A stretch of DNA of 64,000 nt from an uncultured Thermoleophilia bacterium (GCA_963820875.1 CAWGBR010000014.1:164255-228254), one strand, 5' to 3'. Shown: positions 37,279-49,869, numbered from the stretch's first letter. A program made the numbers and translations. Notes: generated by a model not told the origin, from the sequence alone.

Positions 37279-38348
37279 ATGGTGAAGCGGTCGCGGGCCC
37301 TGTGGGGGCGGCTACCCCGGCGCGGCCGAAGGTGATCGCTGCCGCTTGCCGTGGCGCTCGTCGCCGCCGCGATCGCCGTGCCCGTCGTCATGGCCTCCGG
37401 AGGGCCGAGCGGGCCCTGCGCCGGCGCCAGACCAGACGACTACACCTGCTGGCAGGAAGCTACTTCGAGCCGGGATCGTCGACAAGCAGGGCGGCGAGGC
37501 CGCGCTCGCCGAGATCAACGCGTACCGCGCGGATCGACAGCTACGTCCTGCCAACTGCCATCACGCTCGTCCACGCGATCGGCAACGCGGCGCTCGTGCT
37601 CTACGGATCGATCAAGAGGCGTCAAGCAACGGCGACTACACCTGCTGGTCGGGCTACTATCCACGGCGTGTACGAGCAGTACATGAAGCAGTTCGACGGA
37701 CGAGGAGCTCTTCGGCGACATGCCGACGATCTGCAAGCGCCGGACCGAACGATCCGTACGCGTTCGACTACTACAACTGCCTGCACGGCATCGGCCACGG
37801 CGTGACGATCCGGTTCGGCAACGATCTGTTCCAGGCGCCTCCCGTACTGCGACGTCTTCGGGGAGGACTGGGAGCGCACGAACTGCTACACCGGCGTCTT
37901 CATGCAGAACATCGTGGTCGACCGGCAGATGCACCAGTCGGTGCGGCTGAAGCCCGACGACCCGGTCTACCCCTGCGACGCCGTCGACGACGAGTACAAG
38001 AACGCGTGCTACCTGACGCAGACGTCCTACATCCTCCGCGTCTACGACTACGACTACGAGAAGGGCTTCGAGATCTGCGACGGCATCGAGGCCGAGTACC
38101 GCGAGACCTGCTACATCAGCATGGGCCGCGACATCAGCGGCAACTCGCACCGCGAGGCCAAGAAGGTGCTCGAGCTCTGCAGCCTCGGCGACTCGGAGCT
38201 GCAGGAGTGGTGCTTCATCGGCGCGGCACGCAACGCGGTCTTCAACGACCACGGCCGCGCGAACGCCGACGCGCTCTGCGCGATCGTGCCGGCGCGCTTC
38301 ACCGAGTCCTGCAAGTCACAGGTCCAGAGCGCCGTCGACAGCCTGTAG
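37279..38348 (+). pseudogene. Cys-rich helical-repeat secreted protein of unknown function, frame interrupted
   Basis: MVKRSRALWGRLPRRGRR is followed by the anchor LPLAVALVAAAIAVPVVMA. Repeats then each centre on one Cys: DYTCWQELLRAGIV, DYTCWSGYYHGVYEQY, DYYNCLHGIGHGV, NCYTGVFMQNIV, NACYLTQTSYIL, ETCYISMGRDIS, EWCFIGAARNAV, ESCKSQVQSAV. The last 148 aa are intact (ORF 37902..38348); upstream parts lie in three frames. Confidence 0.6.
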
Positions 38349-38462
38349 ACGGCGGAGCGCGCCACGGGCGGCCGTAGCGGCCGGCTCGGCCGGCCGCGAG
38401 CGCCGCTCAGGGAGCGGCACCGGAGGGCCGCGGTCACGTGCGACGCGGCCACCGCCGTCCGG

Positions 38463-38585
38463 CTGTAGGGGCCGGACCTCGTCCGGCCCCGACGGGGCGG
38501 GAACGCGTGATGTCGGGCCGGATGAGATCCGGCCCCGACGGCGCATGAGCGGCCCCATCGGGCCGCGCCGCCCCTACAGGTGCCG
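38463..38585. repeat. cluster of REP-like palindromic units
   Basis: Units are GGGGCCGGA-CCTCG-TCCGGCCCC (38468-38490), GGGCCGGAT-GAG-ATCCGGCCC (38515-38535), and a degenerate inverted unit ending CCCCTACAG (~38550-38580). The cluster lies between the convergent 3' ends of the Cys-rich gene and MTAP. Confidence 0.7.
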
Positions 38586-38643
38586 CATGACCGCGGCCCT
38601 CCGGGCCGCTCGGCACGGCCGATGACGGCCGCTCACGCCCGTC

Positions 38644-39447
38644 TCAGGCCGAGAGCTGCGCGCCGCGCAGGGCCGTCGCGCACAGGTGCTCGGCCGGCTG
38701 GGGGCCGATCCTGGGCAGGACCGCGAAGAGCAGCTCCCGCAGCCGCGCGAGGTTCTCGTGGAACACGCGCAGCACCTCCTCGCCCGAGACGGGAGTGGTG
38801 CCGGGAACGCCGGCATCGTGATCGGTCACCATCGACACGTTCGCGTAGCAGAGCTCGAGCTCCCGCGCGAGGTGGCACTCGGGATAGGCGGTCATGTTCA
38901 CGACGTGCCAGCCGAGCGCCGAGAACCAGGCCGACTCGGCGCGCGTCGAGAAGCGCGGGCCCTGGATGACGACGACGGTGCCGCCGTCGCGGACGGCGAT
39001 GCCGAGCTCGCGTGCGGTACCGACGAGCAGCTCGCGCAGCTCCGGGCAGTACGGGTCGGCAGCGGACACGTGCGTGACCGGCTCGTCCGCCGCCGTCGTA
39101 GAACGTGTCGGCCCGACCGGAGGTCCGGTCGACGAACTGGTCGCAGACGACGAACTCCCCGAGCGCCAGGTCGGCCTGCAGGGCGCCTGCGGCGCACGGG
39201 CCGAGCAGGCGCCGCACGCCGATCTCCTTCATCGCCCAGACGTTCGCCCGGTAGGGAACGCGGTGCGCGGGGTACTCGTGCCGGCGCGCCGTGACGGGGC
39301 AGGAACGCGACCCGCACGCCGCCGACCGTCGCCGATCGTGATCGGGGCCGAGGGCGTCCCGAACGGCGTCTCGACCTCGACCTCCTCGACGTCCTCGAGG
39401 AACCGGTAGAAGCCGGAGCCGCCGAAGACGCCGACCTCAGCCGTCAG
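38644..39447 (-). pseudogene. mtnP: S-methyl-5'-thioadenosine phosphorylase, frame interrupted
   Basis: VGVFGGSGFYRFLEDVEEVEVETPFG; VAFLPRHG; MKEIGVRRLLGPCAAGALQADLALGEFVVCDQFVDRTSGRADTFYDGG; and IQGPRFSTRAESAWFSALGWHVVNMTAYPECHLARELELCYANVSMVTDHD lie in four frame segments. The start codon is not resolved (possibly CTG 39447). Confidence 0.85.
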
Positions 39448-39824
39448 GCTGCTCCTCCTCGGCCGGCTCGGCCTGCGGCTCCTCGCCGGGCTCTCCTGCG
39501 GGCGGTTCGCCGCCTGCGGTCTCCTCGGACGCGACGCCCGCGTAGGCGAGCTGGAGGTTCGCGACCGACGAGTTGAAGTCGCGCACGAGCTCGGGCGGCA
39601 CGACCTCCTCGAGCACCGGCGTGAGCGCGCGCATCGTGTCGATGGCGAGCCTGCGCCTGCGCGAGATCCCGCGCGTCCTTCGTCTCGGGAGTGAGCCCGA
39701 GGCCGCGGTAGCCGATCGCGGAGACCGTCACGAGCGTCTGGATGACGATGTCCTCGACGCGGAGCCGCTGGAGCTCCTCGGCGAGCTCCCGCGCGGCGCG
39801 CTCCTCGTCTTCCGGGCTAGCCAC
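39437..39824 (-). pseudogene. DUF1844 domain protein, one frame interruption
   Basis: GTG 39824 follows GGAGG. EDEERAARELAEELQRLRVEDIVIQTLVTVSAIGYRGLGL...DARDLAQAQ (ORF 39444..40067 frame) is followed by MRALTPVLEEVVPPELVRDFNSSVANLQLAYAGV (ORF 39437..39634). The switch is near 39640. Confidence 0.6.
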
Positions 39825-41001
39825 GCGTCGCCTCCATCGCCACGTCGCGGGTCCGCGCGACCTGCTCGGCGTAGATCTCGGGCAGCGAGGCGCCCTCCGC
39901 CAGGCGGGCCATCTGGCGCTCGGCGGCGTTCGCGGCCGGCACCTCGAGGTACGACGCGATCCCGAGCTCCTCCGCCACCGGGAGCACCCACGCGACGAGC
40001 TCCTCGAGCGCGGCGCGGGCGGGCCGCTTGCGCCGCTCGGCCGTCCGCTCGAGGTCGAGCAGCTCACCCGCGAGCCCCCGAGCGGATCGCGCGCCAGAAG
40101 TTCTCCTCGATCAGGCGGTGCGGCTGCGTGTGCAGCGGCTCACCCTCGTCGACGGCGCGCGCGATACGGGCCGTGAGCGCGTAGATGAGCGCCGAAAGGG
40201 AGACGGCCTCGGCGAGCTCCGGCTGCCCGTCGCAGATGCGGATCTCGACGGTCGGAAAGGCGAGATGAAGGCGAACGCTCCACCAGAGCTGCGTGTGCTC
40301 CGTCACCGATCCGGTCCCGTAGAGGTAGCGCAGGAACGCCTCGTAGTCGGCCCAGTCCGCATAGGCGTCGGGGACGCCGCAGCGCGGGAACATCTTCGTG
40401 AAGATCTGGGAGCGCGCCGAGTGCAGGTGCGTGAAGCAGTTCTCGACGAACGGGCGAGGACGCGGACAGCGCCAGCAGGTCGGGCAGATAGCTGCGGAGC
40501 GCGTTGTGGACCGCGACCGCCCGGTCGGCGCCCCGGATTCCCACGTGCACGTGCAGGCCGAAGGTGTTGTTGCGCCAGACGACGTAGCGCAGCAGCTCGT
40601 CGTTGCGCCGGTAGTGGGGCGTGTCGATGATCCGCTGCTCCTGCCAGGGGCTCCACGGGTGCGTTCCCGTGGCGCCGAGCGCGATCCCGAGCGAGTCGCA
40701 GAGCGCGAGCACCTGCGAGCGCCGCTCGGCGAGCTTCCGCGCGGCCTCGTCGAAGCTCTCGCAGCGGCCGGTCTTCACCTCGACCTCCGAGGCGATCAGC
40801 TCGCCGGCCAGGTGTGTCCCCAGCTCGCTGCCCTCGAGCCGCCGCCTGGATGTCCTCGAAGCGGTTGACGAGGGAGAGCGTGGCGGGATCGAGCACTGCG
40901 AACTCCTCCTCGACCGCGAGCGTGAGGTCCGTGCCCTCCTCGAACTGCTCGCGGGCGAGGTCGATCTGCTCGTCCGCGCTGAGCTTCTGCTCGTCGCCCA
41001 T
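39817..41001 (-). pseudogene. carboxylate-amine ligase (glutamate-cysteine ligase family 2, YbdK-like), frame interrupted
   Basis: From ATG 41001: MGDEQKLSADEQIDLAREQFEEGTDLTLAVEEEFAVLD; GATGTHPWSPWQEQRIIDTPHYRRNDELLRYVVWRNNTFGLHVHVG; MFPRCGVPDAYADWADYEAFLRYL...WWSVRLHLAFPTVEIRICDGQP. These lie in different frames. Stop TAG 39817-39819 overlaps the next start. Confidence 0.8.
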
Positions 41002-41041
41002 TTGCCGCTCGACGGTAGCAGGCGCGACGAGGCGTTCCGAT

Positions 41042-42315
41042 CTAGTTCGCTCGAAAGCGCTCAGGATCTCGGTTGCGACATGATCCCAGCTCCAGCGCGT
41101 GACCGCGGCGCGGCGTGCGGCCGCCCGCAAGCGCGAGCGTGGTCGGCCGCGGACAGCCCGAGGATCGCGTCGAGCTTCGCCGCCAGGTCGCCGGCGTCTT
41201 CGTTCTCGAAGCTCGTCAGGAACCGCAGCTCCGGGCGGGTACTCGGCCTCGAGCCCCGCGGCGATCTCGGCGAGGCCCGAGTGGCGCGCGACCAGCGGCG
41301 GCGCGCCGCAGGCGGCCGCCTCGGCGGCGACCATGCCGAACGCCTCCGGGAAGGTGGACGGCGTGACCGCCACGTCGGCGAGGGCGTAGAGGTACACGAG
41401 GTGGCGATGCTCCATGGGGCCGGTGAACAGCACGGGGAGATCGCGCGGCTTCGTGCTCGAGCTCCGTCGCGGATGTCGCCCCAGCCGACCATCACGCAGC
41501 GCGCCCCGACGCTCCGTCAGCGCGTCGACGAGCACATGGGCGCCCTTCTCGCGGCTCACCCGGCCCACGAAGACCACGGTGGGCCCGTCGCCCGCGAGGA
41601 AACGCTCCAGGCGCTCCGCGTTGCCCTCGTCCGGCAGGCGCTGATTGTGGCGCTCGGGCGGGTTCGGCAGATCCAGCGCGGGCCTCGGCGAGCAGTCCGG
41701 CGAGCGCCTCCTCGCGGGGCCGCGGCCTGAACTCGTCGACGTCGACACCGGGCGGAACCAGGTGCGTCGCGGTCGAGCCACGGCCCGGGGCCGAGCACCT
41801 CGGCGATCACCCGACGGACGTGGTCCGTTCCGGCGACGACGGCCTGTCGCCGGTGCGAGCGTCTCACGGGCCCACCGGCACAGCTCGTCGTTGCCGCGCA
41901 GCGAGAACTCGAGCTCCGAGCCGTGCGCCTTCACGACGTACGGCACGCCGGCGGCGGCGCCCACCGGGCCGCCGAGGATCAGGTGGTTGGTGAAGAGGAG
42001 GTCGGCCGGCAGGTGCTCGCGCAGGGCCGGCGGCATTCGCCGCCACGAAGCGCTCGCGCTCCTCCCAGCCGAGGTCCTGGACGCGATGGGCCTCGACGTC
42101 CTCGTAGCGATCGACGACGAACACGGGCAGGATCCGCCCGATGTCGGGCCTAACGACGCGGGCGCTCGCCGACGTCGTACCGCTCAGGATGGGGATCCTG
42201 GCAGAAGACGACCACCTCGTGCCCCTGCCGTGACCACGCACGCGCCAGACGAGCGCGTGTAGACATTCGAGCCGGTGCCTCCCAGGAGATAGCCGTGCCA
42301 GAGCAGAATTTTCAT
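41042..42315 (-). pseudogene. glycosyltransferase (GT-B, family 4-like), frame interrupted
   Basis: From ATG 42315: MKILLWHGYLLGGTGSNVYTR; VVKAHGSELEF; FVGRVSREKGAHVLVDAL; STFPEAFGMVAAEAAACGAPPLVARHSGLAEI. There are >=3 switches and the 3' end is approximate. Confidence 0.8.
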
Positions 42316-42349
42316 CGGATGATTGGTTGCGCCCGCTGGAACGCCCGTC

Positions 42350-42899
42350 GTGGATCCTGACGATCGCCTCGTACGGAAGGCGCAGCGCGGTGACAGCCGG
42401 GCGTTCGCCGAGCTGGTCGACGCGCATCAGCACCGGCTCTTCACCCTGGCCTCCCGCGAGCTCGGATCGGCGGCCGACGCGGAGGACGCGGTGCAGGAGA
42501 CCTTCATCCGAGCGTGGAAGGCGCTGCCGCGCTTCCGCGCCGAGGCCACGTTCTCGACGTGGCTCTACCGGATCTGCCTGAACGCGATCCACGACCAGCG
42601 TGCGCGGACGACGCGAGGCGGCGGCGTCCCGCTCTCGGAGGTCACGGAGCCGGCCGATCCCCGCGACGCGATCCTCGAGGCCGAGCTCGGCAGCGAGCTC
42701 CAGCGCGCTCTCGGGGAGCTGGACGAGACGTACCGCGTCCCGGTCATCCTCTACGACGTCCTGGGCCGCTCCTACGCGCGAGATCGCGGAGGTGCTCGGC
42801 GTCGCCGAGGGTACCGTGAAATCGCGCATCTTCCGCGGCCGCACCGAGCTGGCCCGCAGGCTGGGAACCGTCGGGGCGGCGGGAGAGTCGAAGGAATGA
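42350..42899 (+). pseudogene. ECF-type RNA polymerase sigma factor, one frame interruption
   Basis: LVRKAQRGDSRAFAELVDAHQHRLFTLA and ETFIRAWKALPRF lie in the ORF 42323.. frame. Region 4, EIAEVLGVAEGTVKSRIFRGRTELARRL, lies in ORF 42600..42899. The switch is near 42775. Start is moved to GTG 42350 because TTG 42323 is only 7 nt from the divergent GT start. Confidence 0.85.
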
Positions 42900-43639
42900 T
42901 GGCTGGGAACCACCCGAACGACATCGAGCTGCTCGAATACGTCGAGGGCGACCTCGACGAGCCCGCCCGCGCGGCCGTGCACGCCCATCTCGAGGACTGC
43001 GAGACGTGCGCCGCCGAGATCGGCAGGCTCGAGCTCGCACGGGGTGCGCTTCAGGCCTCTCCGCTGCTCGAGCTGCCCGCGGGCCGCCGGCAGCAGATTC
43101 TCGAGAGCCTGCCCCCGCAGGAGCAAGAGCCCCACGGGATGCGAGCGCTCTTCACGCGCCGTCGGGTGCTTGCCGTGCTCGCGCCGGCGGCGGTCGCGGC
43201 TGCGGTCGTGATCGCGATCGTCTCGGTGAACGACGGCGGCGACGGAGCGAAGCCGCCGAGCCGGCGGCCCCGTCCGTGCTGCAGGCGGAAGCAGACGCCG
43301 CCGGCGGAGGCCGCGCCGGCGCAGCGCAGCCGGCCGAACCGCGGTCGAGGCGGCGCCACGGCGCCGGAAGCCGCCGAGGACTCCGGCGGCGGAACCGAAG
43401 AGCCTGCACGCGACGGCGCCGACCGCCGGCACGGACGTGCAGACGGTCAGGGCGCCGCTCTCGGTGGGCGGCACGCCCGAGCAGGTGGTCGCGCGGCTCG
43501 CGGCGGCCGGCCTCGAGGCCCGCGCGGTCGGCCAGGCGAGTCGAGGTCGCAGAGCGCGACGGAGGAGGAGGTCGCGAAGCTGCTCGAGGACCTCGGTCCC
43601 GGCTCCGTCAGCGTCACCGTCGTCGAGCGGCCCGGCTAG
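42896..43639 (+). pseudogene. anti-sigma factor (zf-HC2, single TM), frame interrupted
   Basis: ATG 42896 overlaps the sigma stop (ATGA). It has HLEDCETCAAEI and a TM segment VLAVLAPAAVAAAVVIAIV. The C-terminal pieces VQTVRAPLSVGGTPEQVVARLAAAGLEARAVG and EEEVAKLLEDLGPGSVSVTVVERPG are in different frames. Confidence 0.7.
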
Positions 43640-43653
43640 AGCCGCGTCGACGC

Positions 43654-44277
43654 TCAGGTGAGGTAGAAGTAGAGCGCGTAGAGGAGCTCGGCCGCCGGGT
43701 TCGTCGTGTGCACGGTGACGTCCGGCGGCACGTGAGATGAGCGCCTCGGAGTAGTTGAAGATGATCTTGACGCCGGCGGCGACGAGATCGTTCGCGACAC
43801 CTCTGCGCGGCCGCGGCCGGCACCGCCAGGACGCCGACGATGATGTTCTTGTCGCGGACCTGGTCGGCGAGGCTCGCCGTAGTCGCTGACCACGGTCTTG
43901 CCGATCGGCTCACCGACCTTGCCCCCGTCGGTGTCGAAGACGGCGGCGATGTTGAAGCCGTGGTCGGCGAAGACCGTGGAGCTCGCGATCGCCTGCCCGA
44001 GACGGCCCGCGCCGAAGAGCGCGATGTTGTGCTGACCCTGGGTGCGGAGGATCTTGCGGATCTCGGCGAGCAGCACGTCGATCGAGTAGCCGACGCCACG
44101 CTTGCCGAACTTGCCGAAGCCCGAGAGGTCGCGCCGGATCTGCGTCGCGTTGATGTTCGTGTACTCGCTGATCTCCTGGGAGGAGATGCGCTCCTTGCCC
44201 ATCTTCTTGGCCTGCGTGAGCACCTGCAGGTAGCGGCTCAGGCGCGCCGCGACGCCGACGGTCAACCGTTCGCCCAC
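43654..44277 (-). pseudogene. rex: redox-sensing transcriptional repressor Rex, frame interrupted
   Basis: GTG 44277 follows AAGGAGGA. RISSQEISEYTNINATQIRRDLSGFGKFGKRGVGYSIDVLL and NIALFGAGRLGQAIA are in ORF 43654..44400. LADQVRDKNIIVGVLAVPAAAAQ and PPDVTVHTTNPAAELLYALYFYLT need two more switches. Confidence 0.9.
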
Positions 44278-44356
44278 GCGGCGTCCTCCTTGGATATCCG
44301 TCACCACGACGCGCTGAGAGCATAACGATTCGCGTTTCGCCGGCTGGAAGGAACCG

Positions 44357-44602
44357 TCACGCTTCGCGAGGAGCCGGCGGCGCAGGGCGTCCGGGTGCAC
44401 GAAGTACGTGAAGGCCTCCTGCGCCGTCGATCTCCACGACCGGGATCCGCTCCCGGTAGCGCCGCTCGAGCTCCGGGTCGTCCGTGATGTCGATCTCCTC
44501 GAGCTCGAACGGCAGCTCGGCGCGCACGCGCTCGATGACGCGCATGGCGCTCTCGCAGAGGTGGCATCCGCGCGCGCCGTACACGCGGACGGTCGAGCTC
44601 AC
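44357..44602 (-). CDS. glutaredoxin-like (DUF836-type) protein
   Basis: GTG 44602 overlaps the peptidase stop (GTGA). The ORF has GCHLC and RIPVVEIDG. The last ~20 codons read more family-like in another frame (EEAFTYFVHPDALRRRLL), so compensating indels are likely. Confidence 0.65.
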   Translation of the reverse strand: MSSTVRVYGARGCHLCESAMRVIERVRAELPFELEEIDITDDPELERRYRERIPVVEIDGAGGLHVLRAPGRPAPPAPREA

Positions 44603-47213
44603 TTCGCCGGGCGGAGAATGCGGAGCTCGACGGTCTCGGTCGACGCCGGCTCCTCCCCTCGGCCGCGTCCGCGGCCCAGGCCCGCAGCGTCAGGACGTAC
44701 CGGCCGGGCTCGAGCGCGGCGCCGTCGGGCCCCGTCCGGTCAGCGCGATCGCGTAGCGACCGGGAAGCAGGTCGCGCAGCCGGGCGATCGTGCCGAGCGA
44801 CGTTCCCCTTCCGGGTCGCCAGCTCGACGTCGAGCGACCCGACCGGATCGATCACGACGCCGTCCGCCCCCTCGGACACGGCGCCGGCCCGGAACGTAAG
44901 CACCGCCGGGCGCTTCCCCGACGGGCGCGAACACGTCGGGCGCGAGCGTCACGCCCGAGAGCAGCTCCGTCGCCGACTCCGGGAAGGTGATCGTCCAGGG
45001 AACGCGGGCTGCAGCCGCTCCTTCCGCCTGAACGACGATCGTCCCCGAGATCGTCGCGGGCGCCGGCACCTCGGCGGCCGAGACCACGAGCCGGAACGCC
45101 CCCGACGCCCCGGGCGCGAGGGTCCGGCCGGCCGGGTCGGCGCGCGAACGACAGCTTCGACGCCTGCGCCCAGGTCGGTGGCAACGCCGAGCGACACGTC
45201 GAGCGGCCGGGACGAGAGGTTCGTGACCTCGGATCGTGCGGTCGGCCAGAAGCCCCGGCTCGGAGGCCGTGCCGAAGGACAGCGCCGCCGGCTCGACCGC
45301 GAGCACCGCCGCCGCCGCCGCGACCGGGTCGACGAGGCCCGCGCCCTCGGCGGTGACCGGCCCGGCGAGGTTCGGCGAGCGGGCGCGCAGTGCCGACCAG
45401 GATCGCGCGAGAGCGGCCGCGTCGAGGCTCCGGCCGTGCCTGCCGGCACGAGCGCGCGCCGCCCGCAGCCACGGCCGCGGCGGCGCTCGTGCCGGTGACC
45501 GCGGCGTAGCGGCCGCGTCCGGGCCGGCCGCGGCGTCCGGGGTGACGAGAGCGACGCCCGGCGCGACGAGGTCGGGCTTGGCGGCGCCGTAGGCGGGCCC
45601 GTGAGACGAGAAGCCGGCGATCTGCGCGAGCTCGGGATTCGGCGACGCGCGCCGCTGCGACCGATCGTCACCTCGAGCGCCCTCGGCGCCGGCCGTCGAC
45701 GATCGCCGGCCGACGCCGCTCGGGCACGGCGACGACCGGGATCGGCGCGTCTCTCGGAGAGGCCGAGCCGCTCCCGCCGGAAGGACGCTGCCGTAGACGA
45801 GGACCGCCGCCGCGCCCGCGGCCGCCGCGTTCCGCACCTTCGGCGCAACGGTGAGCCGTCGTGCCGCGGCACCACCGCAGCCGCGCCGCGCCACGAGGCT
45901 GGTCCCGTCCGCCGCGAGGAAGTCTCCGAGCACGCCGCCGTCGGCGACCACGCCGGCCTCGCGTGCCGGCTCGGCGAGGGTCGGCCCGGTGACGCCACCG
46001 CGCGAAGCGCCGAGCTGACCGTCCGGCGGCCAGCTCCGCCGAGGAGCGACCCGCCGTCGTCGAAGATCGTCTCGCCGCCGACCTGACGGTCAAGTCGGCT
46101 GGCGGCGACGGCCGGGCGGGTGTCCGCCGCGCCGACGGTGAGCGCCGCGGGCGCCGCCCGCCGGCGCGCCGACGTCCCGAAGCTTCCGCTCGCCGCCGGG
46201 ACCGTCGTTCCCGGCCGGGGCGACGACGAGGGTGCCGAGCGCCAGCGTCCCGGCGACCGCCCGGGCCTCCGGGCTGTCCGGGAAGGACGCGTACGGCTCG
46301 ACGACCGAGGCGCAGCGCGATATCCGCGGCGTCGTCCACGTCGCCGTCGCCGTCGGGGTCGACCGCCCGCTCGAGCCCGGCGATCAGCACGTCGCCGCGC
46401 CCACGATCTCCGAGCTCACCGTCCTGCGCCTCGCGCCAGCCGAGCACCCGGATCGGCAGCACCTGCGCCCCGGGCGCCACACCGCGTCACGCCGTTCGGC
46501 CCGCCCGGCCCGACGACGATCCCGGCCATGCGCGTGCCGTGCGTCTCGAGGCGCCGGAGCCGTCCGGGCTTTCCCCGGGCTCGGCGCGCGCGTCGCCGTC
46601 GACGAGGTCGACACCCGCCTGACACTCGGCCGCGCAGGGCCGGATGGGCGCCGTCGACGCCGGTGTCGAGCAGCGCGACCGTGACGCCGCTACCGTCGGA
46701 GCCGGGAAGAGCGATGCCGTGCCGGCCCAGCAGCTCCGGGCGCTCGAGCGCGTCGGCTGGAGAGCGACGCCGGGTAGACGGCGCGCACCGGGTAGATGCC
46801 CGCGACGCCCGGGCTCCGTTGGAGCGCCGCGAAGCGCCCGCGGAGCCGAGGACGGCCGAGAAGCCGTTCAGCGTTCGTGTGAAGACCTGCGCCGCTCGAT
46901 CCGGATGCCGCCGTGCCGCAGCGCGGCCAGCAGCCGCCGCTGCAACGCGTCGGCGCGGCGCACGAGCCGGCGCTGCTCCTCGCGCGGACGGCAGCTGGCC
47001 CGTCGCCGCCATCCGGTCGGCGAGCGACGGGCCCGCGAGGACGACGATCATTCGCTCGCCCGAGCGGGACCTGCACGCGGCGCTCGAACGCGCTGCGCCA
47101 CGCCTGGGCCTCGTCGCGCGGGGTCTCGCCGGCGAGGCCGCGCCGCGTGGCGACCGCAGTCACCAGCGGCTGCGAGCAGCGGTCGCGGCGAGCGCGACCA
47201 CCGCGTCTTCGTG

Positions 47214-47230
<17 letters not shown>
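44599..47230 (-). pseudogene. S8 (subtilisin) family serine peptidase, many frame interruptions
   Basis: ATG 47230 overlaps the tsaD 3' end. Catalytic boxes are VTVALLDTGVDGAHPAL (Asp), ETHGTRMAGIVVG (His) and TGTSAAAA (Ser, read from DNA near 45480-45500). The C-terminus is LTFRAGAVSEGADGVVIDPVGSLDVELA...GRYVLTLRAWAAD. There are >=8 switches. Confidence 0.85.
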
Positions 47231-48727
<1,497 letters not shown>

Positions 48728-48731
<4 letters not shown>

Positions 48732-49339
48732 CGGCCCGCCGCCCGCTCGAGCGCCCTGTCGGCGTCGGGAGCCCGCAGGTAGATCGGCTCGGCCAGCTCG
48801 GCCGGGCCGAACGAGTCCGCGAGCCGCGCGTGGTGGCGCGCCCAGGGGACATGGCGCGGATCGTCGTCCGGCGGAACCGTCGCCCCGGCCGCCTCGAGCA
48901 GCGTCGCGGTAGCGGACCGCTCCGTCGCCGACGCAGAGCCGCCCGCGCTCGACCGGAGCTGCTCGGGCCGCAGACAGGCCGGGCCCGGTCGAGCGTGAAG
49001 ACCTCGCGCCGGCGGGCGTCGATGAGCGGCAGCGCGCCTCGCGCGCCGGCGGCGAGCGCGTCGAGCGTCGAGACGCCCGCTGACCGGCACGTCGAGCGCG
49101 AACGCGAGCGCGCGCGCGGTGACGAGACCCATGCGCAGGCTCGTGTAGCGGCCCGGCCCGCGGCCGACCGCGATGCCGTCGACGCTCGCCGGAGCGGCAC
49201 CGGCCTCCGCGAGCAAGCCGGTCGACCTCGGGGAGCAGCGCCGCGACGGTCGCTGCGGCCCTCGCCCAGCACGTCCCCGTCGCGCACGAGCGCGCAGGTC
49301 GCGACGTCCGTGGCGGTGTCAAACGCAGAGAATCAGCAC
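48728..49339 (-). pseudogene. tsaB: tRNA threonylcarbamoyladenosine biosynthesis protein TsaB, frame interrupted
   Basis: GTG 49339 (VLIL...) is followed by an immediate switch. VRDGDVLGEG and GVSTLDALAAGARGALPLIDARRREVF are in the ORF 48556..49287 frame. LLAEAGAAPASVDGIAVGRGPGRYTSLRMGLVTARALAFALDVPVSG is in ORF 48728..49216. Confidence 0.75.
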
Positions 49340-49785
49340 TGTTGAAGACCTCGACGTCTTGCAGGGAGTCGTCCGTGAGCCTCGATGGTGATGAGCCGCC
49401 GGTCGCCGCCCAGCGTGCGCGAGGCGGACTCGCGCCGCGGCCGGCAGGTGCGCCCGCGCCGGCCTCCGGCCACTCGACGAACACGATCGCGTCGTCGAAG
49501 TACGGCTCGAGGTCTCCCCACTCCGCTTCGTGACATGCCTCGAACCGGTAGAGGTCGAGGTGCGACACGGCCACCCGCCCTGCGTAGCGGTGTCCGATCG
49601 TGAACGTCGGGCTCGTGACGGGCCGGTGACGCCGAGCGCGCGGCACGCGCCGCGTACGAACGTCGTCTTCCCGGCGCCGAGCTCGCCGCGACACGAGCAC
49701 GACGTCGCCCGGGTCGAGCCGCGACGGCGAGCGCCGCGGCAACCCGCTCGGTCTCCTCGGGCGAGGCCGACTCGAGCTCGACCAT
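49333..49785 (-). CDS. tsaE: tRNA threonylcarbamoyladenosine biosynthesis ATPase TsaE (open frame hiding out-of-frame core)
   Basis: The ends (MVELESASPEETERVAAALAVAARPG ... GGDRRLITIEAHG) are in ORF 49333..49785. The P-loop GELGAGKTTFVRG is readable from DNA near 49650-49700 in a second frame. VTSPTFTIGHRYAGRVAVSHLDLYRFE...DDAIVFVEWPE is in the ORF 48303..50510 frame. Confidence 0.8.
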   Translation of the reverse strand: MVELESASPEETERVAAALAVAARPGRRRARVAASSAPGRRRSYAARAARSASPARHEPDVHDRTPLRRAGGRVAPRPLPVRGMSRSGVGRPRAVLRRRDRVRRVAGGRRGRTCRPRRESASRTLGGDRRLITIEAHGRLPARRRGLQQC

Positions 49786-49869
49786 GCAGAAAGGGTAGAT
49801 GAGCGTGCGTCCGCGGACGAGCCCGGCGTCAGGGTAGGGGCCGAGTGCTTCGAGCCCGCGTGCCGGCGC

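Noticed and set aside
40303-42036. 577-aa ORF as a single fusion protein
   Set aside because: It concatenates the glycosyltransferase C-terminal part and the YbdK-like N-terminus in one accidentally open frame. An internal ATG (41001) and an out-of-frame TAG (41042-41044) mark two genes.
42323-42349. TTG 42323 as the sigma-factor start
   Set aside because: It lies only 7 nt from the divergent glycosyltransferase ATG (42315), which leaves no promoter space. GTG 42350 gives a typical ECF sigma N-terminus (VDPDDRLVRKAQRGD...).
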